DNA of 64,000 nucleotides. Origin: an uncultured Acidobacteriota bacterium (GTDB lineage Bacteria > Acidobacteriota > UBA6911 > RPQK01 > JAPXNP01). The notes under the pieces are model-generated. The model saw nothing but the letters and a program-made list of their open reading frames with translations. It had not been told where the DNA came from and made no database searches. The stretch spans positions 448,001-512,000 of the forward strand of contig CAVZRV010000031.1 of the NCBI GenBank assembly GCA_963777605.1, given 5' to 3'. How positions within the stretch are numbered: the first letter of the stretch is position 1; each line of letters opens with the position of its first letter. Shown piece after piece: positions 50,000 to 60,381 of this stretch. Made by a program: the position numbers and the translations under genes.

Positions 50000-51259
50000 A
50001 TGATTCGTGCGGTCCGATTTCTACTCTTTGTGACCTTTGTGCTGGTTTTGTCGGTTGTTGCCCTTGGGCAACGAATCTACCCGGAACAGCGGGTCGATCC
50101 GGAGACCTTCACGGTGATGTCCTGGGGACCTGTCATCGCGGAGCCCCAGCAACTGCAGTGGATGAAGGAGGCCGGCATCAATATTGTTGGGTTTGCCGGA
50201 GTCGACGACCTCCCGGCGATCGCCGAGGCGGGGCTCAAGGCATTCCTCTCCGACCGGCGCGTCAATGGATACGATTTCGACCAACCCCTGGACGAGGCGG
50301 AAGTCCGCCGCAATATCGCCTCCCTGAAAGAGGAAATCGGAGACAACCCGGCCGTGATCGGGTTCATGCTTCGCGACGAGCCGCACGCCCGCGCGATGCC
50401 AAGCCTCGGACTCGTCGCCCGGGTCCTGAGGGAGTACTTCCCCGGGAAATGGCCCTATGTCAACCTCTTTCCGGTCCGGGTCACTCCGGAACGGATGGGA
50501 ACCGACACCTACGCGGAGTACGTTCAGATGCTCGTCGACGTGATCCGCCAGCCCTTCCTCAGCTACGACAATTACTCGCTGGTCGGCGGGGAAATGCTGG
50601 ATTACTTCTTCACCAACCTCGAAGCCGTGAGGAAGGCTTCGACCGATACCGGTGTGCCTTTCTGGAACTGCGTGCTTTCCAACGCCCACTTCAACTACAT
50701 GGTGAACACCGACGCCACCTACAGCCTGCAGGCCTACGCAACCATGGCCCACGGGGCGCGGGGAATCCAGTACTTCAGCTACTTCACCTGGGCAAATGGA
50801 AATTATCGCTTGGGGCCGATCGACCAGTTCGGGAACAAGACCCCTTCGTGGGACATGCTGCGGCGCGTCAACAACCAGATTCACGCGCTCGCACCGACCC
50901 TGGCACATTTGAAGTCAACCGGCGTCTATCACTATCCCGACGTGCCGGCCGGGTGCAGCCCCCTCAGCGCAAGCAGCCTCGTTCGAGAAGTCGAAATGAC
51001 GCAGCGTTATGTGGTTCCGCCCATCCAGGGGCGTTTCCTGGTCGGCGAGTTCGTCGATGAACAAGGGAGGCCGTACCTGATGCTGGTCAACAAGGACCTG
51101 GATAACTCGTTCCGTTACCGGATCGAGTTGAAGGAACCGGGCGCTCAACTGGTCCACATCTCCCAGTATTCCGGCGAAGAAGAGGGCTTCGGGCGAGAGA
51201 TGGACTGGGTCGCACCCGGTGCCGGGCATCTGTTCAGGATCCGACGAGCGGGAGAGTAG
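50000..51259 (+). CDS. Secreted putative glycoside hydrolase (TIM barrel, unassigned family)
   Basis: AGGAGG RBS and signal peptide; MKEAGINI, PAVIGFMLRDEP, YVNLFP, LSYDNY and HGARGIQYFSY. True start taken as the ATG at 50000, not 49241. Confidence 0.65.
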   Translation: MIRAVRFLLFVTFVLVLSVVALGQRIYPEQRVDPETFTVMSWGPVIAEPQQLQWMKEAGINIVGFAGVDDLPAIAEAGLKAFLSDRRVNGYDFDQPLDEAEVRRNIASLKEEIGDNPAVIGFMLRDEPHARAMPSLGLVARVLREYFPGKWPYVNLFPVRVTPERMGTDTYAEYVQMLVDVIRQPFLSYDNYSLVGGEMLDYFFTNLEAVRKASTDTGVPFWNCVLSNAHFNYMVNTDATYSLQAYATMAHGARGIQYFSYFTWANGNYRLGPIDQFGNKTPSWDMLRRVNNQIHALAPTLAHLKSTGVYHYPDVPAGCSPLSASSLVREVEMTQRYVVPPIQGRFLVGEFVDEQGRPYLMLVNKDLDNSFRYRIELKEPGAQLVHISQYSGEEEGFGREMDWVAPGAGHLFRIRRAGE

Positions 51260-51278
51260 CAGTTCCACGTGTCCTGCC

Positions 51279-51574
51279 GGAAGCGACAGCTTCCCCATGT
51301 GGAGTGCTGGAAGCGAAAGCTTCCCCATGTGGAGTGCGGAAGCGAAAGCTTCCGCTTTTTTTGGTCTCGGCCCGCCTCCGGTCGGGATCAGGAAGCGAAA
51401 GCTTCCGTTGCCACCCATGAACATTTGTGATGTTTGATTTTTGATTTGTGATTGGGTGGTCGAGGGGCGATTGGCGGCTGTTTGGGGTTGCCGCGGGCGC
51501 GGGGGAAGCTTTCGCTTCCCTGGGTGGCGGGCCAGGATTGACAAAGCGGAAGCTTTCGCTTCCGCACTCCACAT
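51279..51574. repeat. REP/REPIN cluster left of the RAYT gene
   Basis: Six copies of the hairpin GGAAGC-GAAA-GCTTCC or its reverse complement, several with a GTGGAGTGC foot; the first three are spaced about 30 nt apart. Confidence 0.85.
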
Positions 51575-51599
51575 TGATTGTCCACGCTGAATCAGTCTT

Positions 51600-52164
51600 T
51601 CAACGAATCCAGACCGGGCGGAAGTCATCCTGTTCGTGGATTCGGTCGTACCGAAACGACTGGACCTTCCTGCGGACTGCCGAAGGCCACTCCGTTTCTA
51701 CCAGTGCCGCCGAACAGTAAGGATAGTTTGATGCCACGGAGACCAGTCCGTGGTGAACCGGGTTGTTAATCACGTAGTTGAGGCGAGCGTAGTAGCTCCC
51801 CGGATAGGTCAGGCACTTGTCCCAGTACTGGTACCAGACCTGCCGGCCCGGCTCCCCCTGTTCCAGATTGAGGGAAAGCGCGAATTGGGAATGCATTCGC
51901 TGGATCAGTGAACTTCAAAGTCCATGATTCCTCTGCGGCTTGAGCGATAAAGTGATAGTGGTTTGAGAACACAGCCCAAGCGGTCCCGATCCAGCCACAG
52001 CCTGCAATCAGGTCGAGCAACTGCGATTCCAACATCCCGAGCAAGTCGCTCGTCGGATAGAACTGCCGGTGATCGACCGTCGCTGCCGTGACCATGTAGG
52101 TCAAGCCAGGGACGAATCGATGTTCGGGAGCGTGATGCCAGGTGGTTCGTTCCAGGTCATCCAT
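51600..52164 (-). mobile_element. REP-associated tyrosine transposase (RAYT, IS200/IS605 TnpA-like HUH nuclease); frameshift near 51905
   Basis: GGAGG RBS; WHHAPEH...TYMVTAAT...AWAVFSNHYH (HUH), then VWYQYWD...YYARLNYVINNPVHHGLV...YPYCSA (catalytic Tyr and NP motif); REP clusters on both sides. Confidence 0.88.
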
Positions 52165-52215
52165 GCAACCTCCTTCCAAAAAAGAAAACGAACCACCCAA
52201 AGAAACTGCGAAATT

Positions 52216-52572
52216 CATGTGAAGTCCCGGAAGCGAAAGCTTCCCCATGTGGAGTGCTGGAAGCGACAGCTTCCGCTTTTGCCGGTCCCGGCCCGCCTCC
52301 AGTCGGGATCAGGAAGCGAAAGCTTCCGTTGCCAACATCCATTCGCACTTCGCACTTCGGTCTCGCACTTCAGCTTCGACATTCGCCTTCGCCATTCGGA
52401 ATTCCCCCGTCGCAGCCCGCAGGACCGAACAGTTGGAGGGCTTCCCCGCCCGGGGCCTGCACGAGGGAAGCTCTCGCTTCCCTGTCGGCGGGCCGGGCGT
52501 CCAAAGCGGAACCTTTCGGTTCCGCACTCCATATCCCCTGTCCAACGACAAGGCGGAACTTTTCGGTTCCGC
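52216..52572. repeat. REP/REPIN cluster right of the RAYT gene
   Basis: The same hairpins in the same order as the left cluster, including the shared linker GGCCCGCCTCCRGTCGGGATCAGGAAGCGAAAGCTTCCGTTGCCA, plus (CTTCGCA)-like heptamers. Confidence 0.85.
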
Positions 52573-52762
52573 GGTCCATAAAGGGGTTTGCGGTCAGGGG
52601 ATCGCGGGCCCGGTGAGGGCCCGCCTCTGTGTGCCTGCCGGCCCGGCCTTACGGCAACCAACCGCGAGTGTCGGCACCCCACCGGCCCCACACAGAGGCA
52701 GGGGTAAGCAAAGCGCGCCCCTGCGTTCCCCGGCACTAAGACCAGAACCCCGGATAAACGCA

Positions 52763-52791
52763 AAACGGCCCGCGGTTTCCCGCGGGCCGTC
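52763..52791 (-). terminator. Rho-independent terminator of the TonB receptor gene
   Basis: ACGGCCCGCGG-TTTC-CCGCGGGCCGT perfect stem followed by UUUU on the minus strand, about 40 nt after the stop at 52830. Confidence 0.75.
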
Positions 52792-52829
52792 TGTTGAGTC
52801 GTCAGACTCGGTTACGAGCGAACTTCAGA

Positions 52830-55800
52830 TCAGAAGCTGATCCTCAAGCCGCCCTGGATGTTCCGCGGACCACCGGTCTTTCCATATACCTTTCCGAAGT
52901 TGCCGCTCGAGACGTTGGTGTTCGGGCCCGAGTAGCGCGTGCGGTTGAAGATATTCGTCATGTCGAACCGTATTTCCAGGTTCATCCCTTCCCGGAACGG
53001 GAGATCGGTCCGCTTGATCAGCGAGACGTCCTCATTGTACTGCGCGAAATCCCGCGTGCTGGGTAACCACCGTGGAGCGTCACCCAACCTCAGCGGAACC
53101 CCGTTGGCTGTCGCCGGCGGAGACGCAAAGGCATCCGGGTTCAGGTACTGGGTACCCAACTGCGGATCGAGTGCACCCATCGAGACCGTCTGGTTGTCAC
53201 TCGAGTACGTCGGGCCGGAATGCCGGGTTGTACAGGGCATCTCCCACCAAGCCTCCGACACCGAGGTGCAGCGGATTGCCAGTCGCATATCGCTGAATCG
53301 CACTGAAGGTCCAGCCGCCCAGGACCCAAGCCCCGGGACCCGAGGTCACCCACTTGCCGCGGGGGCCAAAGGGGAGGTCGTAGATCCAGGTGATCCTCAG
53401 ATCGTGCGGGACATGGTACTGGACGACCGAGTAGTCAGACTGCCGATTGTAGTAGTCCTGACCGTAGTCGTAGTAACCGCCCGGACCCGCCGTGTCCGAC
53501 GTGCCCATGGCCCTGGACCAGGTGTAGGACGTCAGGAAGCTCAGCCCGAAGTCCGACCGCTTGGTGCGCCGTCACCTGGAGGGAGTGGTAATTCGACCAT
53601 CCTCCGTTGAGCCGATGCGTCTGGACCCCATAGTACTGAGGGAAGGGCCGCAGCGCATCGGCGACCGTGCCGTCGAAACTCGCGTAGGGACGAGTGATCT
53701 CCGGGTGGTCATCGATACTTTCGATCAGCGTATCCCCCAGGGAAAGATTCGCGGAATCTACCTGGTTGAGCGCATAGAGGTACTGGGACTCGTTGAGCCG
53801 CCCGCCATGGTTCCCCACGTAGTTGGCCTCGATCCGAGTATCCCACCCGACCGCAAACTGGATTCCGATGTTCCAGTTCTGGACCATCGGGAACTTATTG
53901 GTTTCGGGCAGGTACCAGCCTATGTAATCGCCGTTGTTCTGCGCCGGGTCGGTGTTGGGCAGGGTAGCGGTGTAGGCAGGATAGGCATTATCCCAGTTGT
54001 AGACCGGGGCTTCGCGGAAGACTCCACTTCGGGCATTGATGTTATTCGAACCGTTGAAGCCGGCGGTGTAAGCCCAACTCCAGCCGTCGTTGATCGGCGG
54101 GCTGTAGTTGATTCCGTATCCGCCGCGGACCACCACGTCTTCCTTGACCTGCCAGGCAAAACCGACCCTTGGAGCAAACTGCCCGTAGTAGGTGCTGGCA
54201 GCGAATGTTTCCGAAGGCCATCGCGCCCGGATAGTTGTCGGCACCCGGATTGGCCAGCGTCGGGTCAAGCCCCGACATCCGGTCCGTGCGCTCGAATACC
54301 GGCGTGGGAATATCCCACCGAATACCGGCGTTCAGCGTGAAGCCCGGGCGCATCTTCCAGTCGTCCTGGGTGTAGAGCGCCACATACTTGGAGGCCAGTC
54401 CGGGTGTGAACCGCTGGATCCCCATGCCCGTGCTGTAGGCATCCCCCAGGAAGAACGAGGCGTACGAGAAGCCCGTCGAATCCCGGAATCCGGGCTGCGA
54501 CGTGATTTCACTGTGGAAGGTGTAGGAGCCATTCCCCTGGCTTGACCGCTCGTTCTGGTAGTACTGGCGGTACTCGGCGCCGAACCGGAGGCTGTGGTTG
54601 TTGACCAGCCAGCTGAAGTCGTCGGCGATGATCACACTGCCATTGGGCGCGTAGCCGGTGGCACCGTCGCCCAGGTTCCGATAAGGATCGAGCGAAGTGT
54701 TTCCGGCCCCGGAGAGACCCGCTACCGGAAAGGTCACGCCGCCCTGGTCGTTCTGTAGCCCCAGTTCACCCTTCCAGTCCGTTCCCGCCAGGAATGAAGT
54801 GGCCTGGTTCTTGTTCAGGAACCGGTTGACGCCGACCGCCAGGTGGTTGAGGACCTGGGGGCTGATCGTCCAGTCCTCCGCGAATCGGAAGATCCAACCC
54901 GGGGTATCCTGGCGGCGGAAGCCGATCGAGCCGCACCCGGAAAAGACACGCCGGCCGGTTGCAATCCATTTCCGCCTGAGCGGTCCCTTCCCCGATCGTT
55001 TGAAACATAAGTTCCGGACAGCTTGTGGGACTCGGACATCACGTGATCGATTTTGAGACTGATGTTGTCGATCTGCATGAAGGGGCAGCAGCCCGAGAAC
55101 CTCGGCTGATTGTTAATCAACTGGAACAACTGCGGACTGGGCAGGTCGAACTGCATGTACTTCCGGGTGACGTCACTCATCCGGTCGAGCGGAATCTGGT
55201 TGCCGGCGAAAGGATCTCTGATCCAGGTTCCATCGGCCAACTGCCGTGATGAGGCGGGATCATAAATCTGACCGAACAGCACGTCCCTGCCCAGGGCATC
55301 CTGGCCCATCACCGTGCCGGACTGATCGTTCAGCGTGAAGCTCGGGTCGAGCAGCAGGGAGAAATCGCCCTGCTTGAACGGGGCCACGGGAAGCGACTCG
55401 GTCCCGGAAACCGTCTGGTTGATGAAGCGGTCACCTTCATAGGAAAAGTAGAAATGGGTCTTGTCCTTGATGATCGGTCCGCCGACGGTGAATCCGAAGT
55501 TGTTGTCCAGGAAGGGCGCCTTCGGGTTGCCAAATCGGTTGTTGCCCCAACTGTTGGCATTCAGTGCCGCGTTGCGGTGGAGCCAGAAGACGGTGCCGTG
55601 GATTTCGTTCGTCCCCGACTTCATACCGAAGTTGGTCAGGGCCGTCTGGGTCGCCCCGTACTGGGACGACAGCGCGCCGGTCTGCAGCTTGAACTCACTG
55701 ACCGCGTCCATGGTCGGGGTGAACTCGCTGTTGCTGCCGCCGTTGAGGTCCATTCGGCCGATGGAGATTCCATCGATCAGGATCTCGTGGCTGTATGACT

Positions 55801-56383
55801 GGCCGCCGTTGATCGAACCGGCGAAGCTTCCGCCCTGGGTTCCGGGCATGGCCCGGAAAATGAAGTCCTGTAACTGGCGGGTCCCGTCACCGACCAGGAT
55901 CGGCCAGGTATGGACCTCTTTCAAGTTGGCGCCAATACCGATCTCCGCGGTCGAGGTTTCCAGCAGCGGCCCGGTGCTCGACACCGTGACCGACTCGCTG
56001 ACTTCACCGACCTGGAGTATCAGGTCAATCGACACGGTCTGGGCCAGACCCACCGTGACGTTCTCCGCAACAGCGGTCTTGAACCCGGGCATCGCCGCGC
56101 TGATCTGATAGGTGCCCGGTGACAGGAAAGCCAGCCGAAAGAAACCGCTCTCGGTCGTCACCGCAGTGGTCCTGACTCCGGTTTCGGTCTCGGTGCCAAT
56201 CACCTCCGCACCCGGAATCACTGCACCCGTGGGATCCTTGACGATCCCGTTAATTGTGCCGCGTCCGCTCTGCCCCAACAGGGGTACTGCCAAAAGAAAT
56301 AACAGTACACAGGGCAGAAGGACCGACACGAGAAACTTGGAACGCTTACTCGTCATTCGATTCCTCCAACGTTTACTCCTCAT
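52830..56383 (-). CDS. Oar-like TonB-dependent receptor with N-terminal carboxypeptidase-regulatory-like domain; about four frameshifts
   Basis: GTINGIVKDPTGAVIPGAEV, VGEVSESVTV, DAVSEFKLQT, KSGTNEIHG, GGPIIKDKTHF, YTQDDWK...TLNAGIRWD, FAPRVGFAW and C-terminal GPRNIQGGLRISF. Breaks lie near 54935, 54210, 53570 and 53203. An alternative start is 56356. Confidence 0.9.
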
Positions 56384-57191
56384 TACTTCTCCTCCTAAGG
56401 GTAACGACACCTATTCGGGGCGGTATTGAGGCAGCGCTGGATCGTGAATTTGAAAACGAATTCTGCGTACAGGCCTCCGAGATGCAAAGAGGACCACTCC
56501 CCGCCAAGTTCTGGTTACTCCTTGTGAAGTGATTAGAATCCCGATTCCGAAAAGAGTCAATGAAGAATTTCGACAATTCTTGGAAAATCCTGGAAAATCT
56601 CGACAAATGCGTAGGAATTCAGTTCCATAAAGGGTTTCGGGGATTGCAGCATCGAGATCTTCCAGTTCATCCAAATGAAGTTTCAGGTCAGCCCCGCCCC
56701 CGGCGGCGCCGGACCATTCGCAAAGTGAAACTGGTGTCCGTGCACCCGGGGGAGCGGCTTCGCCTTACCCCCGGCTCTGTGTTTGGCGCCATTCCGGGTT
56801 TCAAGTGGACCCAGGGTCCAAGCTTCAGGTGAAGTTTCAGGTTAACTGGGCCCAACCGCCCTGCGGGGATCATTCAGCGTGTGAACCTGGTGGAGCATCG
56901 CCAGATGAGCGCGCCAACGGCGCAGGGTCATTTCCAGCCCGGGGCAACCCGGGAATCGGCCAAGACGGCAATGCAGCACTGAAAGTGCGATTCAGTCCCG
57001 GCGGCGGACTGTTTCAGAACAAACCGGAAATCAAGAATCCTGGATTGAGAAGGTTCACTTCCGCCGGGCAGGCTGCCCGGCCGCCATTCCAGGCAGGGCT
57101 GCCTGGATTACTTTCCCTCCAGAAACCAGGAACTCAGCCCGATTGAAGTTTCAGGTCGAACTAGCCGGTCTCCGGTCTCCGGTTCTGAGGA

Positions 57192-58790
57192 CTAGCCGAC
57201 CTGGAAATCCTGGGAGAGGTGGAGTTCGGAATCGGATATCTGGTCCTGAATCGAAACCCGCACCGTGTACTTCCCAGGCCCCAAATCGGCGATCGGGAAG
57301 CTCCTCAGCACGATAATGCGGGATTCCGAAGCATAGTAAACGGACTCGTTGCTTTTCTCCTCAATCACGCCCAGAGACTGATCACCACGGAACAACTCCC
57401 ACCGAACCGCCAGCTTCGGGTTTCCGGATGCCTGATCAAACGCCGCGTTGTAGACCTGGAGGTAGATCGCCAGAGGATCCTGGACCTGAAAATGGCGGGC
57501 CAGATTGGGCCGGATCCAGAGATCACCCAGAACAAACATCTCGTCGGCTTTGGGAATCTCGGGGAGAGCCCGAACGGCGTCGGACAGAATGATCGAACTG
57601 GCTGTCAGCTTCGAATCGTCGAACTGCTCAGGAACAATGGCCCGGCGGATCACGGAGATCTTGTTGCTGTTGGTATCCTTGAAAACCAGGTTGACCTTGT
57701 AGCGACTGCGGGTTTGGAGTACCAGCGTCTTCTGGTAGACAGAACGCGCACCCGGACTAAAATCGACCTTCCCGGGGTCGGTCGAAACAACCAGGTCATC
57801 CTCGAATTCGTTCACGATCTGACCCGACAGGCTGGAGATCTGCCCGTAGATTTCCACATCCGCCGTCATTTGGCCGTCACGTTCGACCAGGGTGAGGTCC
57901 TTGTTTTCAATCTCGAACGTCAATGGAACGATCATTCGCCCTTCGCCGAGCCTGAACTGGTCGAACTGCACCCGGACCGGGAGTTCGTCGTAAGACATGT
58001 TGACCTGAATGGCCTGCTGCAGATCCTTGTATTGGATCTCGGGCGGCCGCTGCACCATAACGTATTGCCGATACCGGTCGAACGGGTTATTGCGCCGCAG
58101 GTAGTAGCGCATGTCTTCCGACGTCCCCCGGTCCTTCCGGGAAGCAAAGCCTGCCTTCTCGTCCAGCGTCTCCCCCAGCGTCGGCACGTTGTAAAACGCG
58201 TCCTTCTCGTCCGGGTTCCGGGCAATCCGGTATTCGCCGCTGTAAGAAGGATCAACGAACTCGATTAAAACGTCATCCCCCACACCATCGATGTGGTGGT
58301 ACCGCCAAACTTCGTAAGGAAAGGTAACGGTCGTTCCCCCTCCCTCCCAGAGCGGCCGTTCGTAGGGGCCGCCCGTGGGATGCGGTTCGATCTGGTCCGG
58401 AGGGCCCTGGATGATGTAAATCCGCCCCCGGTCCGTCTTCCAGCCCGGCTCGCCACTTTCGTAGCGCTCGTTGGCATATGCGAGGCGCCGATAGTGCTCT
58501 TCTTTGAATTCGTTTGCCGCGGTGCTCGGGTCCGGGTCGCGACGGAACCAGAACTGCTCGATAAACTGTTCCCGCTCGTCGTCCGTGGAGAGTTTAAGGA
58601 AGGTCTCCTTCTCTTCGCGAGTGATGATGTAGACCACATCCTCCTCAAGCCACTTCTTGAAGTACTGTTGGGCCTCCTCGGACCTCAGTTGGCGGTCGTC
58701 CTCCTGGGCGAATGTGAAGTACGGACGACCGACGAAGAGACTGGTTGCCCCGGCAATCAAGAGAAACACCCACAGGCGAGATCGAACCAT
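57192..58790 (-). CDS. GWxTD-domain protein
   Basis: YFKKWLEEDVVYII..EE, EREQFIEQFW.RRDP.P, NEFKEEHYRRLAYAN and GWKTDRGRIYI..GPPD; C-terminal Ig-like domains. Confidence 0.93.
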   Translation of the reverse strand: MVRSRLWVFLLIAGATSLFVGRPYFTFAQEDDRQLRSEEAQQYFKKWLEEDVVYIITREEKETFLKLSTDDEREQFIEQFWFRRDPDPSTAANEFKEEHYRRLAYANERYESGEPGWKTDRGRIYIIQGPPDQIEPHPTGGPYERPLWEGGGTTVTFPYEVWRYHHIDGVGDDVLIEFVDPSYSGEYRIARNPDEKDAFYNVPTLGETLDEKAGFASRKDRGTSEDMRYYLRRNNPFDRYRQYVMVQRPPEIQYKDLQQAIQVNMSYDELPVRVQFDQFRLGEGRMIVPLTFEIENKDLTLVERDGQMTADVEIYGQISSLSGQIVNEFEDDLVVSTDPGKVDFSPGARSVYQKTLVLQTRSRYKVNLVFKDTNSNKISVIRRAIVPEQFDDSKLTASSIILSDAVRALPEIPKADEMFVLGDLWIRPNLARHFQVQDPLAIYLQVYNAAFDQASGNPKLAVRWELFRGDQSLGVIEEKSNESVYYASESRIIVLRSFPIADLGPGKYTVRVSIQDQISDSELHLSQDFQVG

Positions 58791-58931
58791 AGACGACTCA
58801 CTCCGCAAAATGAACGATTAACCCGTTCTGCCTATTCTAACGATCAGCCGCGATTCAAATCCAGTCCGGATCTGCACGTCGGTCGTTTCGACAGGCTGTA
58901 GGATCGAGCCCATGAATTCCCCTCGAGCAAT

Positions 58932-58961
58932 TTGACCACCGGACGGCCGACCTTCTATTTT
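58932..58961 (+). promoter_or_regulatory. Putative sigma70 promoter for mscS
   Basis: TTGACC-18 nt-TATTTT upstream of the ATG at 59010. Confidence 0.3.
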
Positions 58962-59009
58962 GTGTCTCAGAGACTCCAACTTCTAACGAATGAACAGGAA
59001 AGGAAGAAT

Positions 59010-60119
59010 ATGTCTTCGCTCACGGATATTGTCCAGGAAATACTGGCCAAGAACAGCTGGAATGAGTGGCTGACCGGCCTCGTCACCTTCGGTCTCGCAG
59101 CCCTGATCCTGTATGTCCTGCGCAAAGTTCTGGTTGCCAAGTTCCAGTCCCTGGCCGCCAAGACGAACACCAAGATCGACGACATTTTTGCCGAAGCCCT
59201 TTCCCGGACCCGCCTGCTCTTTCTTCTGACAGTGGCGATCTGGCTGGCGGCCCAGGCCCTTGCATTGCCGGACGTTGTAACGAAGGTTCTCACCGGCATC
59301 GTGACGATCGCGACTTTCGTACAGATCGGGATCTGGGCCAACGCCATGCTCGGCCACGTCGTGGGCCACTTTGTCCGGCTCGAAATAGAGGAGGAGGCCT
59401 CCCAGGTCGCGACGACAACCGCCCTGACATTTGTGGGCCGCCTTCTCCTTTGGTCACTCGTGATGCTGTTGACCCTCGACAACCTGGGAGTCAACATCAA
59501 CTCTCTCATCGCTTCCCTCGGCATCGGCGGCATCGCCGTCGCCCTGGCGGCACAGAATATCCTTGGGGACCTCTTCGCTTCCCTTTCGATCATGTTCGAC
59601 AAACCGTTCGTCGTCGGCGACTTCATCATCGTGGATGAAGTCATGGGAAGCGTGGAGCGGATCGGCATGAAGACAACCCGAATCCGCAGCCTGTCAGGTG
59701 AGCAGTTGATCATGTCGAACAACGACCTGCTCAAGAGCCGGATCAAGAATTACAAACGGATGCAGGAGCGTCGCGTCGTTTTCAGCGTAGGCGTTACGTA
59801 TCAGACACCGGCGGACAAGCTTCGCAAGATACCGACCATCATTCGCACCGCGATCGAAGAGCGGGAGAACACCCGCTTTGACCGGAGTCACTTCAAAGGC
59901 TTTGGGGATTCCGCGTTATTGTTCGAAACTGTTCTCTGGATAGAGAAGCCCGACTACAACATCATGATGGACCTCATGCAGGAGATCAATCTCAAGATAT
60001 ACGGAGAGTTTGAGAAGGAAGGGATCGAGTTTGCGTATCCGACCCAGACCATCCATCTCGAGACGGAAACGGCAGCGCAACCCATGGAACCGAAACAACC
60101 GGTCAAGAAGTCAAGGTAG
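59010..60119 (+). CDS. mscS: MscS-family small-conductance mechanosensitive channel
   Basis: LIASLGIGGIAVALAAQNILGDLFAS, DKPFVVGDFI, GSVERIGMKTTRIRSLSGE and GIEFAYPTQT. Confidence 0.93.
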   Translation: MSSLTDIVQEILAKNSWNEWLTGLVTFGLAALILYVLRKVLVAKFQSLAAKTNTKIDDIFAEALSRTRLLFLLTVAIWLAAQALALPDVVTKVLTGIVTIATFVQIGIWANAMLGHVVGHFVRLEIEEEASQVATTTALTFVGRLLLWSLVMLLTLDNLGVNINSLIASLGIGGIAVALAAQNILGDLFASLSIMFDKPFVVGDFIIVDEVMGSVERIGMKTTRIRSLSGEQLIMSNNDLLKSRIKNYKRMQERRVVFSVGVTYQTPADKLRKIPTIIRTAIEERENTRFDRSHFKGFGDSALLFETVLWIEKPDYNIMMDLMQEINLKIYGEFEKEGIEFAYPTQTIHLETETAAQPMEPKQPVKKSR

Positions 60120-60131
60120 AGGAATCAGACA

Positions 60132-60371
60132 ATGGCAGACAAAGATCTGAAATGGGAACAGAACAAGAAGGGCAAGTATTACGTTGACCAGACCTGCATT
60201 GCTGCAAAGTACTGCCTCAGCGTGGCGCCGGAAAACTTCAAACTGGATGAGAGCGGGGGTCATGCGGTCCTGGTTCGCCAGCCGGAAGGGGCGGAAGAGG
60301 AGGAACGGGTGCGTGACGCCCTGAACGGGTGCCCCGTCGGCGCCATCGGCGACGACGGCGAGGAGGACTGA
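60132..60371 (+). CDS. Single-cluster ferredoxin, likely [3Fe-4S]
   Basis: GKYYVDQTCIAAKYC...AP.NF...ALNGCPVGAIGDDG, i.e. CxxAxxC...CP. Confidence 0.85.
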   Translation: MADKDLKWEQNKKGKYYVDQTCIAAKYCLSVAPENFKLDESGGHAVLVRQPEGAEEEERVRDALNGCPVGAIGDDGEED

Positions 60372-60381
60372 TCGATCAGCC

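Noticed and set aside
51279-51360. Tandem palindromic repeats of about 30 nt resembling a CRISPR array
   Set aside because: There are no unique spacers, copies occur in both orientations, no cas genes are present, and the adjacent RAYT explains them as REPs.
52830-56383. TonB receptor as a pseudogene or programmed-frameshift gene
   Set aside because: All domains, the RBS, the terminal Phe and the terminator are intact, and indels are spread across the whole window, favouring sequencing error.
60260-60381. Apparent overlap of the UbiD C-terminus with the ferredoxin
   Set aside because: It disappears after correcting one indel near 60431.
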